This document shows positions 17,904 through 27,724 of a stretch of DNA of 45,743 nt, one piece after another. This stretch comes from a virus: the UHGV virus genome UHGV-0129770, one strand, 5' to 3'. Positions within the stretch are counted from its first letter, which is position 1. Every line of letters starts with the position of its first letter. The position numbers and the translations under genes are program-made. The notes beneath the pieces were generated by a model, which was given only the letters and a program-made list of their open reading frames with translations, was not told the DNA's origin and did not search any database.

Positions 17904-18104
17904 TTATGGATAGTTAAAAGATTCAACAGGTGATGGTGGTTGAATTGGGTAATGTTTCTTCTCGTACTCCTCAATGAGAAGACTCATAACCTCAAAGAAA
18001 TCACCTTCCGGAGTATTCATTTCCGGTTCGTTATCGAACATCGGTTCGACCGCACGCAGTGCGGCCTCATAATCTTGTTCTGTACGGATAGGTTTAATGT
18101 TCAT
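17904..18104 (-). pseudogene. truncated HigA-family antitoxin (N-terminal domain only, no HTH)
   Basis: IRTEQDYEAALRAVEPMF...PEGDFFEVMSLLIEEYEKKHYPI matches the N-terminal domain of HigA-type antitoxins as I recall them; ORF stops where the HTH should begin; no cognate toxin. Confidence 0.45.
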
Positions 18105-18117
18105 TAATTACAAAGGA

Positions 18118-18142
18118 AAGCCCACTTGCTAAGTGGGCTTTT
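18118..18142. terminator. bidirectional intrinsic terminator downstream of higA
   Basis: AAAGCCCACTT-gct-AAGTGGGCTTT flanked by an A-run and a T-run. Confidence 0.5.
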
Positions 18143-18160
18143 TGTATGTGTTTTACTATA

Positions 18161-18499
18161 TCAGGCTGCTTTTTTATTCAGGTTCCGCTGAGAAATAAAT
18201 TTTTCAGCAGTATTGATACGACTTAACTCTTCCTGAACGCGCATATCATTTTCGACTTCCCACAGATCTACTGCGGTCTGAAGATTAATCCAAAAATCTA
18301 CAGAAGTATCGAATGCTTTTGCCAGGCGATATGCCATATCCATCGTTAGCTTACGATTGTTATTAACAAGAGCACTTACGGTGTTACGATGAACATGAAG
18401 TATTTCTGCTAACTCGTTGATCTTCAGCTCTAACGGCTCCAGGTATTCGTACAGCAGGATATCACCTACGGTCGTCGGTTTTCTGGTTGCCTGTTTCAT
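18161..18499 (-). CDS. higA: HigA-type antitoxin (XRE-family HTH)
   Basis: GDILLYEYLEPLELKINELAEILHVHRNTVSALVNNNRKLTMDMAYRLAKAFDTSVDFWINLQ is the classic HigA/VapI HTH pattern; sits downstream of the toxin gene. Confidence 0.75.
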   Translation of the reverse strand: MKQATRKPTTVGDILLYEYLEPLELKINELAEILHVHRNTVSALVNNNRKLTMDMAYRLAKAFDTSVDFWINLQTAVDLWEVENDMRVQEELSRINTAEKFISQRNLNKKAA

Positions 18500-18569
18500 T
18501 TTTTGCCCTTACTAGCGTGCGTATTAAGTGGACTCTGGTCAGAACCCGGTCCGTAACCGGGTATCTGTT

Positions 18570-18872
18570 TTAGTATTTGTGAGGGTCGAGATACAAGTCC
18601 TCGGCCTTTCCGTTAACCCACTTAAAAATTAACCTATATTGCTTATTCACCCTTACTGATGAATAGCCATTTAGCTTCCCTGACAGTTCCTCATACCGAT
18701 TACCTGGTGGTGATCTTAAATCCTTACAGGTAGTTGCGGCATTGATAATGTCCAACTTCCGTGACAATCTCATATGAATATCAGGAGGTATCTTTCTATG
18801 TGGTGTTGAAAATTCAAAAAAATCATCAAGCCACGCATCCCTGAAATCCTTTATGTTAATTTTTTTGGTCAT
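18570..18872 (-). CDS. higB: HigB-type toxin (RelE/ParE superfamily killer protein)
   Basis: C-terminal half ...YRLIFKWVNGKAEDLYLDPHKY fits the HigB family; toxin-first operon order. Confidence 0.7.
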   Translation of the reverse strand: MTKKINIKDFRDAWLDDFFEFSTPHRKIPPDIHMRLSRKLDIINAATTCKDLRSPPGNRYEELSGKLNGYSSVRVNKQYRLIFKWVNGKAEDLYLDPHKY

Positions 18873-19022
18873 TAGTCATTTGATCCTCCGTGATGATTAC
18901 CGAATGCCATAACTATAGCGCACCGTTGCACTGTGCGCAAGTGCATTTTATGAATTCCCCCTCCTTCATCCAAAATCACAATCTCCAGAAAATCTTCCTT
19001 TCGATACCTGACAGATCGACCT

Positions 19023-19826
19023 TTGAGGATGCTTATGGGCCGTTTTGACGAATGGTTTGCTGACGATGCAAACCTGGCAAGTAAGGAGTCAGAACATGAC
19101 AGCACGCAGAGAGAAACGCCAGCGCCGATTGAAGCGAATGCAGGAGGCGCGCCGGAACATGGCAATACCGGTTCGGATTCATTCAGCATTCTGGAAGAGC
19201 AACCCGCCGCCCAAGCTGATAGCCATGATAATTTTGCTGATAGCAACGGTGGCCTTACTCCGGATGCTGGCGAATCAGATATAGCCATACTTCCATCTTC
19301 CCTGGCTGGCAGAGAACCGACTCCACAGTTAAAAGCACGCTATAACGGGCATAAAGCCTTTAACGACCAAATCCGCGCAGACTGGATGCTGATTATTGAA
19401 TCCAGCCCAGACGCGTTTCAGGCTCTCTTATATCGACCAGATGTTGGCACATATGGGGTAGTCAGCGACGAAACAGGAGAAGAGTCATTCACTGAACTGG
19501 ATAACAACCAACGCGAACTGACTTACCAGGAACCTGAAATCGTTTATGTGCTGGATAACCCTGACGGGCGTGACTCTTTCCATGCGATTGACGCAGACGG
19601 TGAGCAGGATGGCTTAACCGATGATGTTCTGATTCTGCGTATTGCAGCAAATAACGTCCCCGTCGGCTCAATTCTTGAATGGAATGAAGAGATGGTAAAC
19701 GGCGTAGCGCGCCGCTGGTGGTACGTGCACCGTATTTTTAGCTACGGCACACAGCATGTTGGTTCGCTTTACTACTGCATACCTGCCAGGAATTTTGATA
19801 CGACTCAAAACGGAGTGATCGAATGA
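19023..19826 (+). CDS. hypothetical acidic protein (start uncertain)
   Basis: ORF track; a 62-aa TM-containing ORF in another frame (ATG 19097, AAGGAGT SD) overlaps the low-complexity N-terminus, so the true start may be downstream. Confidence 0.35.
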   Translation: MRMLMGRFDEWFADDANLASKESEHDSTQRETPAPIEANAGGAPEHGNTGSDSFSILEEQPAAQADSHDNFADSNGGLTPDAGESDIAILPSSLAGREPTPQLKARYNGHKAFNDQIRADWMLIIESSPDAFQALLYRPDVGTYGVVSDETGEESFTELDNNQRELTYQEPEIVYVLDNPDGRDSFHAIDADGEQDGLTDDVLILRIAANNVPVGSILEWNEEMVNGVARRWWYVHRIFSYGTQHVGSLYYCIPARNFDTTQNGVIE

Positions 19827-20590
19827 CTTCAAATAAAACCCTCCTGGCGCGAACAGGTGAATGGCAAACCTCACGCACAGGAAAATTCCAGACCACGGGC
19901 TTTGAAAACGTGGATAACGCGTTTGCGACGCTAATCAGCAACATTTTTTCTGATATCTTACTGGTGGCCCCCGCGCCGGAAGAAAAACGCTTTGCGTCAT
20001 TCCTGAATCGTCCACCAGCAGAGCGTGTCTATGTGGCCCGTTTCGACAATGCGATCGAGTTTCTTAAAGCAGTTCGTCGCGCAAATGCCGGGCAAGGGAG
20101 AAAACCTGAAAACCAGAACATTAACCGGGATGCTCTCCCCCTGGTCAATATCTCACGCACTATGGATATCAATTATATCAACGATGATCAGCAGATTGAC
20201 CGCAAAAAAGTAGCCAGTTTTTGCGAACCGGATACCGGAATGCCTTTAGCAGAACTGGAATACACCCAGGCCATTCTGACGTATGACGTTACGTTAATGG
20301 CAACTGATAAAGCGACCATGAGTCTGATGTGTAATTCGCTGGGCGCACGGCTTCGCCTGATGACAGGTACACAATTTGAAGCAACCACTCACCTTGTTCG
20401 TGTCCCGGTCCCGCTGATTTGCTCGATACAGGATGCCAAAGAAGTCGGATTTACGGATGTTTCGGCACCAATTGGAGAAGAGCGTATTTATGCCACACAA
20501 GCGCCGATAAGTGTGATTGCAGACGTGATCACAGCATGGGAGTTGGACGCAAAACGTATTATTACCGAAACCTCGATATCTATGGGGTGA
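19823..20590 (+). CDS. hypothetical phage protein
   Basis: ORF track; 4-nt overlap coupling with neighbours. Confidence 0.4.
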   Translation: MTSNKTLLARTGEWQTSRTGKFQTTGFENVDNAFATLISNIFSDILLVAPAPEEKRFASFLNRPPAERVYVARFDNAIEFLKAVRRANAGQGRKPENQNINRDALPLVNISRTMDINYINDDQQIDRKKVASFCEPDTGMPLAELEYTQAILTYDVTLMATDKATMSLMCNSLGARLRLMTGTQFEATTHLVRVPVPLICSIQDAKEVGFTDVSAPIGEERIYATQAPISVIADVITAWELDAKRIITETSISMG

Positions 20591-20593
20591 TAA

Positions 20594-21574
20594 GTGGCCC
20601 AGGAGTTACAACAATATTTTCTACAGTCAGTGCTCATTAACGATAACAAAGTGCCACGAGACTGGATTTTTACCGCAGTATATGTAGAAAAAACCAGCCT
20701 CAAAGCCCCCTTGCTAAAACTGGAAATTCATGACGCTACCGGCACCGTAATTGATGACTGGAAAGCCAAATACGGTGCATCGCTGGTGGCTGAAATGGGC
20801 GATCCAAACGGTAATGCAGGCACTTTTAAAACAGATTTCTTTGTTACGTCTGCAATGCTGGCTGGTGATGTTGTTACCGTTATTGCTGTCAGTGAAGACG
20901 TGCGCAGGTTTAAGATCCCCTCCCCGCGCACAAATTTACATACCAACAAAACACCAGACGCTATATTCAAGGCATATTCCGGCAAACTTAAAATTACCAG
21001 CAGCGTGCTAAAACGCGCAGTTACATATCATCTGAATGCCGGTGACAAACCGTCAAAAATGCTTTCGGAGATAGCGCGAGACAAAGGTGCATTGTGTTGG
21101 GTATGTCGGGGGGAATTTAACTTTTACACCCTGGCTGATCTGATGAAGCAAACGCCATCATTTACCTACGAGGGGAATAACCCTAAAGCAGAATACACTT
21201 TGTCAAAAATGCGCCTACTCCAACAGGAACATGCGACAACAGCAAAGAATCAATATCGTTTTGTTGGGTATTCCATGACCGATGGCTACGTCGAATATGG
21301 CGATAGCTCACTCCCAGTGCGTTATATATCCGACTCTGATATGGAAACTCTTCGCAATATGCAGCTGTCTCTCGTCCCCAAAATGGATATAGAAGTCGCA
21401 GGCAATCCTGATATAAAACCGGGGATGGTGATAGAGATTATCGTATACCGCTATGACCAGGAAAACCGCATTGATGAATCAATGCCCCGTAAGCTGATAG
21501 TAAAAAATGTTGCGCACTTTGAAGACCGCGTAGGCTACACAACACGAATGATATTGGGAGTGCCGAACAAATGA
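20594..21574 (+). CDS. hypothetical phage protein, possibly baseplate-associated
   Basis: ORF track; immediately precedes and overlaps the spike-like gene. Confidence 0.35.
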   Translation: MAQELQQYFLQSVLINDNKVPRDWIFTAVYVEKTSLKAPLLKLEIHDATGTVIDDWKAKYGASLVAEMGDPNGNAGTFKTDFFVTSAMLAGDVVTVIAVSEDVRRFKIPSPRTNLHTNKTPDAIFKAYSGKLKITSSVLKRAVTYHLNAGDKPSKMLSEIARDKGALCWVCRGEFNFYTLADLMKQTPSFTYEGNNPKAEYTLSKMRLLQQEHATTAKNQYRFVGYSMTDGYVEYGDSSLPVRYISDSDMETLRNMQLSLVPKMDIEVAGNPDIKPGMVIEIIVYRYDQENRIDESMPRKLIVKNVAHFEDRVGYTTRMILGVPNK

Positions 21575-22224
21575 AGCGTAGAGCGCAAATTGTTGGAACT
21601 GTGCACCCGGCAGGGCTTATGCGTGCTCAAGTCCGTGTTTTACCTGACTGGAATGGCGTTCCTGATGACGATCTACCCTGGGCGGAATACCTGTTACCCA
21701 TCGGAAACGCTTTTGTACCCACAGTCAAAGGTGACCTGGTCTGGGTAGAGTTTCCTTATTTAGATGTTAACGGTCGAATAGACACCAGACGCCCAATGAT
21801 AGTTGGTGCCGCTCAGGATGCACCGGGAGGAATTCCAAACGTTGCACCAGAAGCATCTGGCAAAGGCAACGGCTGGACGCCGCCGGAAGTAGATGGAGCG
21901 CCTCCCCGCCCCCAAATCTCAGCAACGAAAGACTTCGTTATTCACCGCAACAATATTCTTGAAGTACGAACTGCTGGTGGCGGCTATGAAATTGCCAATA
22001 CGGCTGCAGGCTCAAGGATTGGCATGAATGAGTCCGGGCAGATATATATCATTGGTCCGGCTGATGTAATCGTGAATGCAGGAGGGAGTGTTAACGTCAA
22101 ATCAGCCAACAACATCAATGTTAAAGGGGAAAATATTGCTGTCTCCGCTAACGGAGACATAGCTTTCAAGGCAGGAGGAACCTTTCAGGCCACTGCTAGC
22201 AACTTCGATTTCAAGAAAGGATAG
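21571..22224 (+). CDS. baseplate spike-like protein (gpV/gp5-type N-terminal domain, C-terminal beta-helix repeats)
   Basis: N-terminal AQIVGTVHPAGLMRAQVRV...DLVWVEFPY and C-terminal repeats VNVKSANNINVKGENIAVSANGDIAFKAGG. Confidence 0.45.
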   Translation: MKRRAQIVGTVHPAGLMRAQVRVLPDWNGVPDDDLPWAEYLLPIGNAFVPTVKGDLVWVEFPYLDVNGRIDTRRPMIVGAAQDAPGGIPNVAPEASGKGNGWTPPEVDGAPPRPQISATKDFVIHRNNILEVRTAGGGYEIANTAAGSRIGMNESGQIYIIGPADVIVNAGGSVNVKSANNINVKGENIAVSANGDIAFKAGGTFQATASNFDFKKG

Positions 22225-22241
22225 AAAACGCACCCATTTAT

Positions 22242-22269
22242 GTTAGATAATTAATATGTATTTTCTAAC
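22242..22269. promoter_or_regulatory. operator-like inverted repeat GTTAGA-N16-TCTAAC (site C), upstream of rdgC
   Basis: Part of a 13-bp perfect palindrome CATTTATGTTAGA / TCTAACATAAATG; 15 nt upstream of ATG 22284. Confidence 0.5.
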
Positions 22270-22283
22270 ATAAATGGTGAGAC

Positions 22284-23189
22284 ATGAGATCAGTCGCTTT
22301 CAAAAATATCTTCATCTATCGTCTTTCACGCGAAGTTAGCTGGGATACTGCAGAAGTAAATGCAGCCCTTAGCAAGTTTGTGTTTACCCCATGCGGTTCT
22401 CAGGATATGGCTAAAGCTGGTTGGACCCCCGTTCTTGGCGACAACCTCACCCATGAATACCAGGGTTTTCTTCTGATGCAGCATAAACGAGAGGAAAAAA
22501 TCCTACCTTCTCAAGTACTCAAAGAAGAGTTACAGAAAAAAATCCTGAAACTTGAAGAAGAGCAAGACAGAAAGCTGAAGAAGACCGAAAAAGATTCGCT
22601 GAAGGATGAAGTGCTTCACTCTCTTCTTCCTCGCGCTTTCACGAGAAAATCAGTAGCTAAAATCCTGATAGACCGAAGCAATCATCTGGTTTTTGTCGAG
22701 GCCAGCAGTGCTAAAAAAGCAGAGGATCAGCTGGCTTTGTTACGGAAATCGCTTGGCAGCTTGCCCGTTGTCCCCTTCTCTCCGAAAGACCCATTAGAAC
22801 TGACCATCACTGGCTGGATTAAAAATGGCTTCCCGAACGGTTTCCGTGCCGGTGAGGAAGCGACCTTAAAAGCATTGCTTGATGATGGCGGCGCGGTCCG
22901 CTGCAAAAAAGTGGACCTGCTATCCGACGAGATCATGAGTCATATAGAAGCTGGTAAGGTTGCAACCACAGTTGCGGTTAACTGGCAAGACCGTGCATTT
23001 TTCAGACTGAATGACGATATGAGTATCAAGGCTTTGTCGTTCAGCGACGAATTGTACGACCAGAACGACGATATTGATCGAGAGGATGTTGCGCAACGAT
23101 TTGACGCTGACTTTATCCTGTTTACTGCTGAATTATCCGCGATGTTCACTTCGCTAGTGGAGGCCGTTGGTGGTGAAGCAGAACGTTAA
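22284..23189 (+). CDS. rdgC: recombination-associated protein RdgC homolog
   Basis: Long colinear matches to E. coli RdgC as I recall it: [87 protein letters not shown]. Confidence 0.85.
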   Translation: MRSVAFKNIFIYRLSREVSWDTAEVNAALSKFVFTPCGSQDMAKAGWTPVLGDNLTHEYQGFLLMQHKREEKILPSQVLKEELQKKILKLEEEQDRKLKKTEKDSLKDEVLHSLLPRAFTRKSVAKILIDRSNHLVFVEASSAKKAEDQLALLRKSLGSLPVVPFSPKDPLELTITGWIKNGFPNGFRAGEEATLKALLDDGGAVRCKKVDLLSDEIMSHIEAGKVATTVAVNWQDRAFFRLNDDMSIKALSFSDELYDQNDDIDREDVAQRFDADFILFTAELSAMFTSLVEAVGGEAER

Positions 23190-25461
23190 CCTTAGATATG
23201 GTTCAGTTTGCAGTGGAATTGAAGCAGCGAGCATTGCCTGGGAACCGTTGGGTATGCGTCCGGCGTGGTTTGCTGAAATCGAGCCTTTTCCATCTGCCGT
23301 TCTTGCGCACCGCTGGCCCCATGTCGCCAACCTTGGCGATATGACAAAACTTGCCAAAAAAGTCCTGGCTGGGGAAATCGAATCCCCTGATGTGCTCGTC
23401 GGGGGAACACCTTGTCAGGCATTCAGTATCGCTGGATTACGTGGTGGGCTTGATGATGAGCGTGGCGCGCTAACTTTAAAGTATGTGGAGCTTGCAAATG
23501 CAATTGACGACAAACGGGCTGAGTCATTTCTCAAACCAGCCGTTATCGTCTGGGAAAATGTCCCAGGAGTCTTGTCATCGGCAGATAACGCCTTCGGATG
23601 TTTCCTTGCCGGATTGGCTGGAGAAGATGCGCCATTCGAACCAGGTGCTCGACCTGAATCACGAAAAAGTAACGCGTTCTGGCGGTGGGATGTCAAAACC
23701 AGTTGCCATGCTCCAAAGTGGCCGCAGTGTGGTTGTATTTATGGACCGCAGCGAAAAGTGGCCTGGAGAATCCTTGATGCCCAATACTTCGGAGTGGCAC
23801 AACGACGCCGACGCGTGTTTGTTGTCGCAAGTGCTCGAACAGACCTCGATCCCGCAACGATACTTTTTGAGTTCGAAGGCGTGCGCCGGAATATTGCGCC
23901 GAGCCGAAAAAAGAAGGAAATCGCTTCCGCCATTATTGCAAATGGCGCTGCAATCAGTGGCGAAAGCCTAAATCCATGCCTACACGCTGACATGCCCCCC
24001 GGTATGAAATCGACGAAAGCCGTAAACGCTTTCAGGATGGCGGCATTTGGGGAATATATTGACGATGAAACCGCATCGACAGTAAAGGCAAGAGACTTTA
24101 AAGATGCCACTGACCTTGCCGTTTTTAGCAGCACAGGAGCAGGTTTTTGGTCAGAGGGGCATGGTACATTGCGGGCGCGTGAGCAAGAAAGCCATGAGCA
24201 TCTTGTTACATTAGCTTTTCCTGAGCGTATGAGCGGTACACAACATGCTGCAACTAAGAATACTTCACCATCTCTAATGGCTCAAAATCCAACAGCCGTT
24301 TGCTATGAAGTAAGAAACGCAGAAGTAGCTGTCCGCCGTCTTACCCCTGTCGAATGTGAAAGGCTGCAAGGTTTTCCTGATGGGCATACGTTGATCCCTA
24401 CGGAAAAGCGTAAAACAATTTCCTCAGATGAACTGGCATACCTTCGCAATCACTATCCAGATTTAAGCGAAGAAGAAGCCGCGATGCTCGCTGCTGACGG
24501 GCCGCGTTACAAAGCGATTGGCAACAGCATGGCAGTTCCTGTTATGCAATGGATTGGGTGTCGCATTCTTGCGACTGTGGAAGCTAAACAGCCAAAAACA
24601 ATAAATACCATTACCTACACAAGAAAACTCCGGACTCCGGATGAATATGAACGTCCGATCTTCAAATGGGTAGGCGGTAAATTCTCAGAGTTGCCTACAG
24701 TGCTTGAGCATCTACCACACGGCAAGCGGTTAATAGAACCGTTCGTTGGTGGCGGTTCTGTATTTACGAATGCAGGATTTCGCCACAACCTGCTTAATGA
24801 TATTAACGGTGACCTGATTAACTTCTATCAGACATTGCAGCGAGAAGGACATTCGCTCGTCACGCTGTCATATAGTTTTTTCCAAAATTACAACAACGCT
24901 GACGCTTACCTCGAAGTGCGTGAGGCATTTAACAGAGGAAAGTATGACCAGCTACATCATGCTGCCGCCTTTTTGTACCTTAATCGGCACTGTTTTAATG
25001 GCGTAACGCGGTACAACCAAAATGGCGAGTTCAACGTGGGGTATGGCAAATACAAAGCGCCCTACTTCCCACATGCAGAGATGGAGGCATTTTTGGCTGA
25101 TGACGTACTCAAAAACACGTCCTTTGTATCAGGTGACTTTGCTGGCGTCATCGAGGCGGCTGGTGAAGGCGATGTGATTTTTTGCGATCCGCCGTATGAA
25201 CCGCTGCCGGATACAGAAGGGTTTACCAGTTATTCAGGAAATAGCTTCCGTTTCGACGAACAGAAACGGCTGGTATCTCTATTGGTGGAAGCCCACCAGC
25301 GCGGCGCTAAGGTAGTGATTACAAATAGTGGTGCGCCAAACATCCGTGAACTATATGAAGGAAACGGGTTTAAAGTACATCATATGGCAGCCAGACGGTC
25401 GGTTTCCTGCAAGGCGTCAACACGTGTAGTTGCTAACGATATAATTGCAATAATGAAGTAA
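23167..25461 (+). CDS. bifunctional DNA methyltransferase (N-terminal C5-cytosine domain, C-terminal Dam-like N6-adenine domain)
   Basis: C5 motifs [27 protein letters not shown]; Dam-like [21 protein letters not shown]; no adjacent restriction endonuclease. Confidence 0.8.
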   Translation: MVVKQNVNLRYGSVCSGIEAASIAWEPLGMRPAWFAEIEPFPSAVLAHRWPHVANLGDMTKLAKKVLAGEIESPDVLVGGTPCQAFSIAGLRGGLDDERGALTLKYVELANAIDDKRAESFLKPAVIVWENVPGVLSSADNAFGCFLAGLAGEDAPFEPGARPESRKSNAFWRWDVKTSCHAPKWPQCGCIYGPQRKVAWRILDAQYFGVAQRRRRVFVVASARTDLDPATILFEFEGVRRNIAPSRKKKEIASAIIANGAAISGESLNPCLHADMPPGMKSTKAVNAFRMAAFGEYIDDETASTVKARDFKDATDLAVFSSTGAGFWSEGHGTLRAREQESHEHLVTLAFPERMSGTQHAATKNTSPSLMAQNPTAVCYEVRNAEVAVRRLTPVECERLQGFPDGHTLIPTEKRKTISSDELAYLRNHYPDLSEEEAAMLAADGPRYKAIGNSMAVPVMQWIGCRILATVEAKQPKTINTITYTRKLRTPDEYERPIFKWVGGKFSELPTVLEHLPHGKRLIEPFVGGGSVFTNAGFRHNLLNDINGDLINFYQTLQREGHSLVTLSYSFFQNYNNADAYLEVREAFNRGKYDQLHHAAAFLYLNRHCFNGVTRYNQNGEFNVGYGKYKAPYFPHAEMEAFLADDVLKNTSFVSGDFAGVIEAAGEGDVIFCDPPYEPLPDTEGFTSYSGNSFRFDEQKRLVSLLVEAHQRGAKVVITNSGAPNIRELYEGNGFKVHHMAARRSVSCKASTRVVANDIIAIMK

Positions 25462-25464
25462 AAA

Positions 25465-25492
25465 ACGCCGCAGTAGCGGCGTTTACTTTTTT
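25465..25492. terminator. bidirectional intrinsic terminator shared by the methyltransferase and glnS
   Basis: ACGCCGC-agta-GCGGCGT with an A-run upstream and a T-run downstream. Confidence 0.7.
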
Positions 25493-25509
25493 ATGTGGCG
25501 AAATACCTA

Positions 25510-27171
25510 TTAACCTAACTTCGCCCAAGTATCACGCAGCCCAACGGTGCGGTTAAATACCGGTTTTTCCGCCGTGGAATGGCGGCTGTCGAGGCAGAAA
25601 TAACCTTCACGCTCAAACTGGAATGCTTTACCCGCTACCGCTTCTTTCAGCGACGGTTCAGCAAAGCCCTGTTTGATCACCAGCGATTCCGGGTTAATCA
25701 CCGACAGGAAATCATCCGCAGCACCTGGGTTAGGCACGCTGAACAGACGGTCATACAAACGGATTTCAACCGGCAGCGCATGTGCCGCGCTCACCCAGTG
25801 AATAACACCTTTGACTTTACGACCATCTGCCGGATCTTTGCTTAAGGTGTCGGCGTCATAAGTACAGAAGATGGTGGTGATATTGCCTTCGGCATCTTTC
25901 TCCACGCGTTCTGCCTTAATGACGTAAGCATTACGCAGACGCACTTCTTTACCCAGCACCAGACGTTTGTACTGCTTGTTAGCTTCTTCGCGGAAATCGG
26001 CGCGATCGATCCAAATCTCACCGCTAAACGGCACCTGACGGCTGCCCATTTCCGGTTTGTTCGGATGGTTCGGCATGGTAACCATTTCGCCTTCGCCCTG
26101 ATAGTTTTCGATAACCAGTTTCACCGGATCGATAACCGCCATTGCGCGCGGCGCATTTTCGTTGAGATCTTCACGGATGCAGGATTCCAGCGACGCCATC
26201 TCAATGGTGTTGTCCTGCTTGGTCACGCCGATGCGTTTGCAGAACTCACGAATAGAAGCCGCAGTGTAACCACGACGACGCAGACCGGAAATGGTCGGCA
26301 TACGCGGGTCATCCCAGCCTTCAACGTGCTTGTCGGTCACCAGCAGGTTCAGCTTACGCTTGGACATCACAGTGTATTCCAGATTCAGGCGCGAGAATTC
26401 GTACTGGCGCGGGTGAACAGGAATGGTGATGTTGTCCAGCACCCAGTCGTACAGGCGACGGTTGTCCTGGAACTCAAGCGTACACAGAGAGTGCGTAATA
26501 CCTTCCAGCGCATCGCTGATGCAGTGGGTGAAGTCGTACATCGGGTAGATGCACCACTTGTTGCCAGTCTGGTGGTGTTCAGCAAATTTAATGCGGTACA
26601 GCACCGGATCGCGCATCACGATAAACGGCGAAGCCATGTCGATTTTCGCACGCAGGCAGGCTTTACCTTCTTCAAAACCACCGGCACGCATTTTTTCGAA
26701 CAGCGCCAGGTTCTCTTCAACGCTGCGGTCGCGGTACGGGCTGTTTTTACCCGGTTGCGTCAGGGTGCCGCGATATTCGCGGATCTGTTCCGGCGTCAGT
26801 TCATCAACGTACGCCAGGCCTTTATTGATCAGTTCGATCGCATAGGCGTGGAGCTGATCAAAATAATCGGAGGAGTAACGGACGTTACCAGACCAGTGAA
26901 AACCTAACCACTCTACGTCGTTTTTGATCGACTCAACATACTCGATATCTTCTTTTACCGGGTTAGTGTCGTCGAAACGCAGGTTGCACTGGCCTTTATA
27001 GTCCTGGGCGATCCCGAAGTTCAGGCAGATAGATTTCGCATGGCCAATATGCAGATAGCCATTCGGCTCCGGCGGGAAACGGGTGTGTACTGTGGTGTGC
27101 TTACCACTGGCCAGATCTTCATCGATGATCTGACGAATAAAGTTAGTCGGGCGGGCTTCTGCCTCACTCAT
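25510..27171 (-). CDS. glnS: glutaminyl-tRNA synthetase
   Basis: 553 aa; class I HIGH (PNGYLHIGH) and KMSKS-type (VMSKR) motifs; matches enterobacterial GlnS almost residue for residue from memory; C-terminus here ends ...TWAKLG. Confidence 0.9.
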   Translation of the reverse strand: MSEAEARPTNFIRQIIDEDLASGKHTTVHTRFPPEPNGYLHIGHAKSICLNFGIAQDYKGQCNLRFDDTNPVKEDIEYVESIKNDVEWLGFHWSGNVRYSSDYFDQLHAYAIELINKGLAYVDELTPEQIREYRGTLTQPGKNSPYRDRSVEENLALFEKMRAGGFEEGKACLRAKIDMASPFIVMRDPVLYRIKFAEHHQTGNKWCIYPMYDFTHCISDALEGITHSLCTLEFQDNRRLYDWVLDNITIPVHPRQYEFSRLNLEYTVMSKRKLNLLVTDKHVEGWDDPRMPTISGLRRRGYTAASIREFCKRIGVTKQDNTIEMASLESCIREDLNENAPRAMAVIDPVKLVIENYQGEGEMVTMPNHPNKPEMGSRQVPFSGEIWIDRADFREEANKQYKRLVLGKEVRLRNAYVIKAERVEKDAEGNITTIFCTYDADTLSKDPADGRKVKGVIHWVSAAHALPVEIRLYDRLFSVPNPGAADDFLSVINPESLVIKQGFAEPSLKEAVAGKAFQFEREGYFCLDSRHSTAEKPVFNRTVGLRDTWAKLG

Positions 27172-27319
27172 TGTGGATTCCTCAAAGCGTAAACAACGTA
27201 TAACGGCGTATGATCTTATAAGCAGAATAGGCTGACAACCACTAGTTGGTTAGAAATTACTTTCTATAGTTGTTTCAATAATGAGCTTTTTCATCAAGCC
27301 CACTTCTGCTCATAAGTAA

Positions 27320-27400
27320 ACCAGTGCTAAATGGTACACAATTGGCACCAAAAAGGATGTAAAGGTGCACCAAATCGGTGCTACATTGGTACACCTTTGG
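27320..27400. repeat. cluster of short GGTACAC/GGTGCACC-type repeats downstream of the ParG-like gene (approximate bounds)
   Basis: aaatGGTACACaattGGCACCaaaaaggatgtaaaGGTGCACCaaatcGGTGCtacatTGGTACACc. Confidence 0.35.
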
Positions 27401-27439
27401 TTCAATAATTTTTAAGTTCTAAAACCAACCTGAAAGACA

Positions 27440-27724
27440 TTATTTTGCTTCCTCAGACTCCGCTAACATGAGGATTGCATGCCGAATCAAGTTCAATTTG
27501 CTGCGGTTCAGTTTTTTGCTTAAATCATCGAGTACGCCGTACTCATATTCATTAAAGCTCACGCGTATGGATTTAAAGTCACGCGGCGCATCTTTATCTG
27601 GAGTTTGAGTTGCAGCCTCAACGCCCGGCACCAAATCGGCTTTAATGGCGAACTCTTCAATGCGGCGCTCTAGTTCAGGGTCTTTTACAGCTTGTGCATT
27701 CACTGGCTCACGGCGCTTAATCAC
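27440..27724 (-). CDS. ParG-like small centromere-binding protein (ribbon-helix-helix type)
   Basis: 94 aa, immediately downstream of and overlapping the ParA gene; C-terminal region SIRVSFNEYEYGVLDDLSKKLNRSKLNLIRHAILMLAE. Confidence 0.5.
   Translation of the reverse strand: MIKRREPVNAQAVKDPELERRIEEFAIKADLVPGVEAATQTPDKDAPRDFKSIRVSFNEYEYGVLDDLSKKLNRSKLNLIRHAILMLAESEEAK

Noticed and set aside
18872-19288. Minus-strand 138-aa ORF overlapping the start of the 19023..19826 region
   Set aside because: Low-complexity Ala/Ser-rich product, no SD, and it breaks the strand switch after higB; judged spurious.
25579-26907. Plus-strand ORFs inside glnS (25579..25845, 26065..26907, 26549..26845)
   Set aside because: They are antisense to a highly conserved, recognisable aminoacyl-tRNA synthetase gene.
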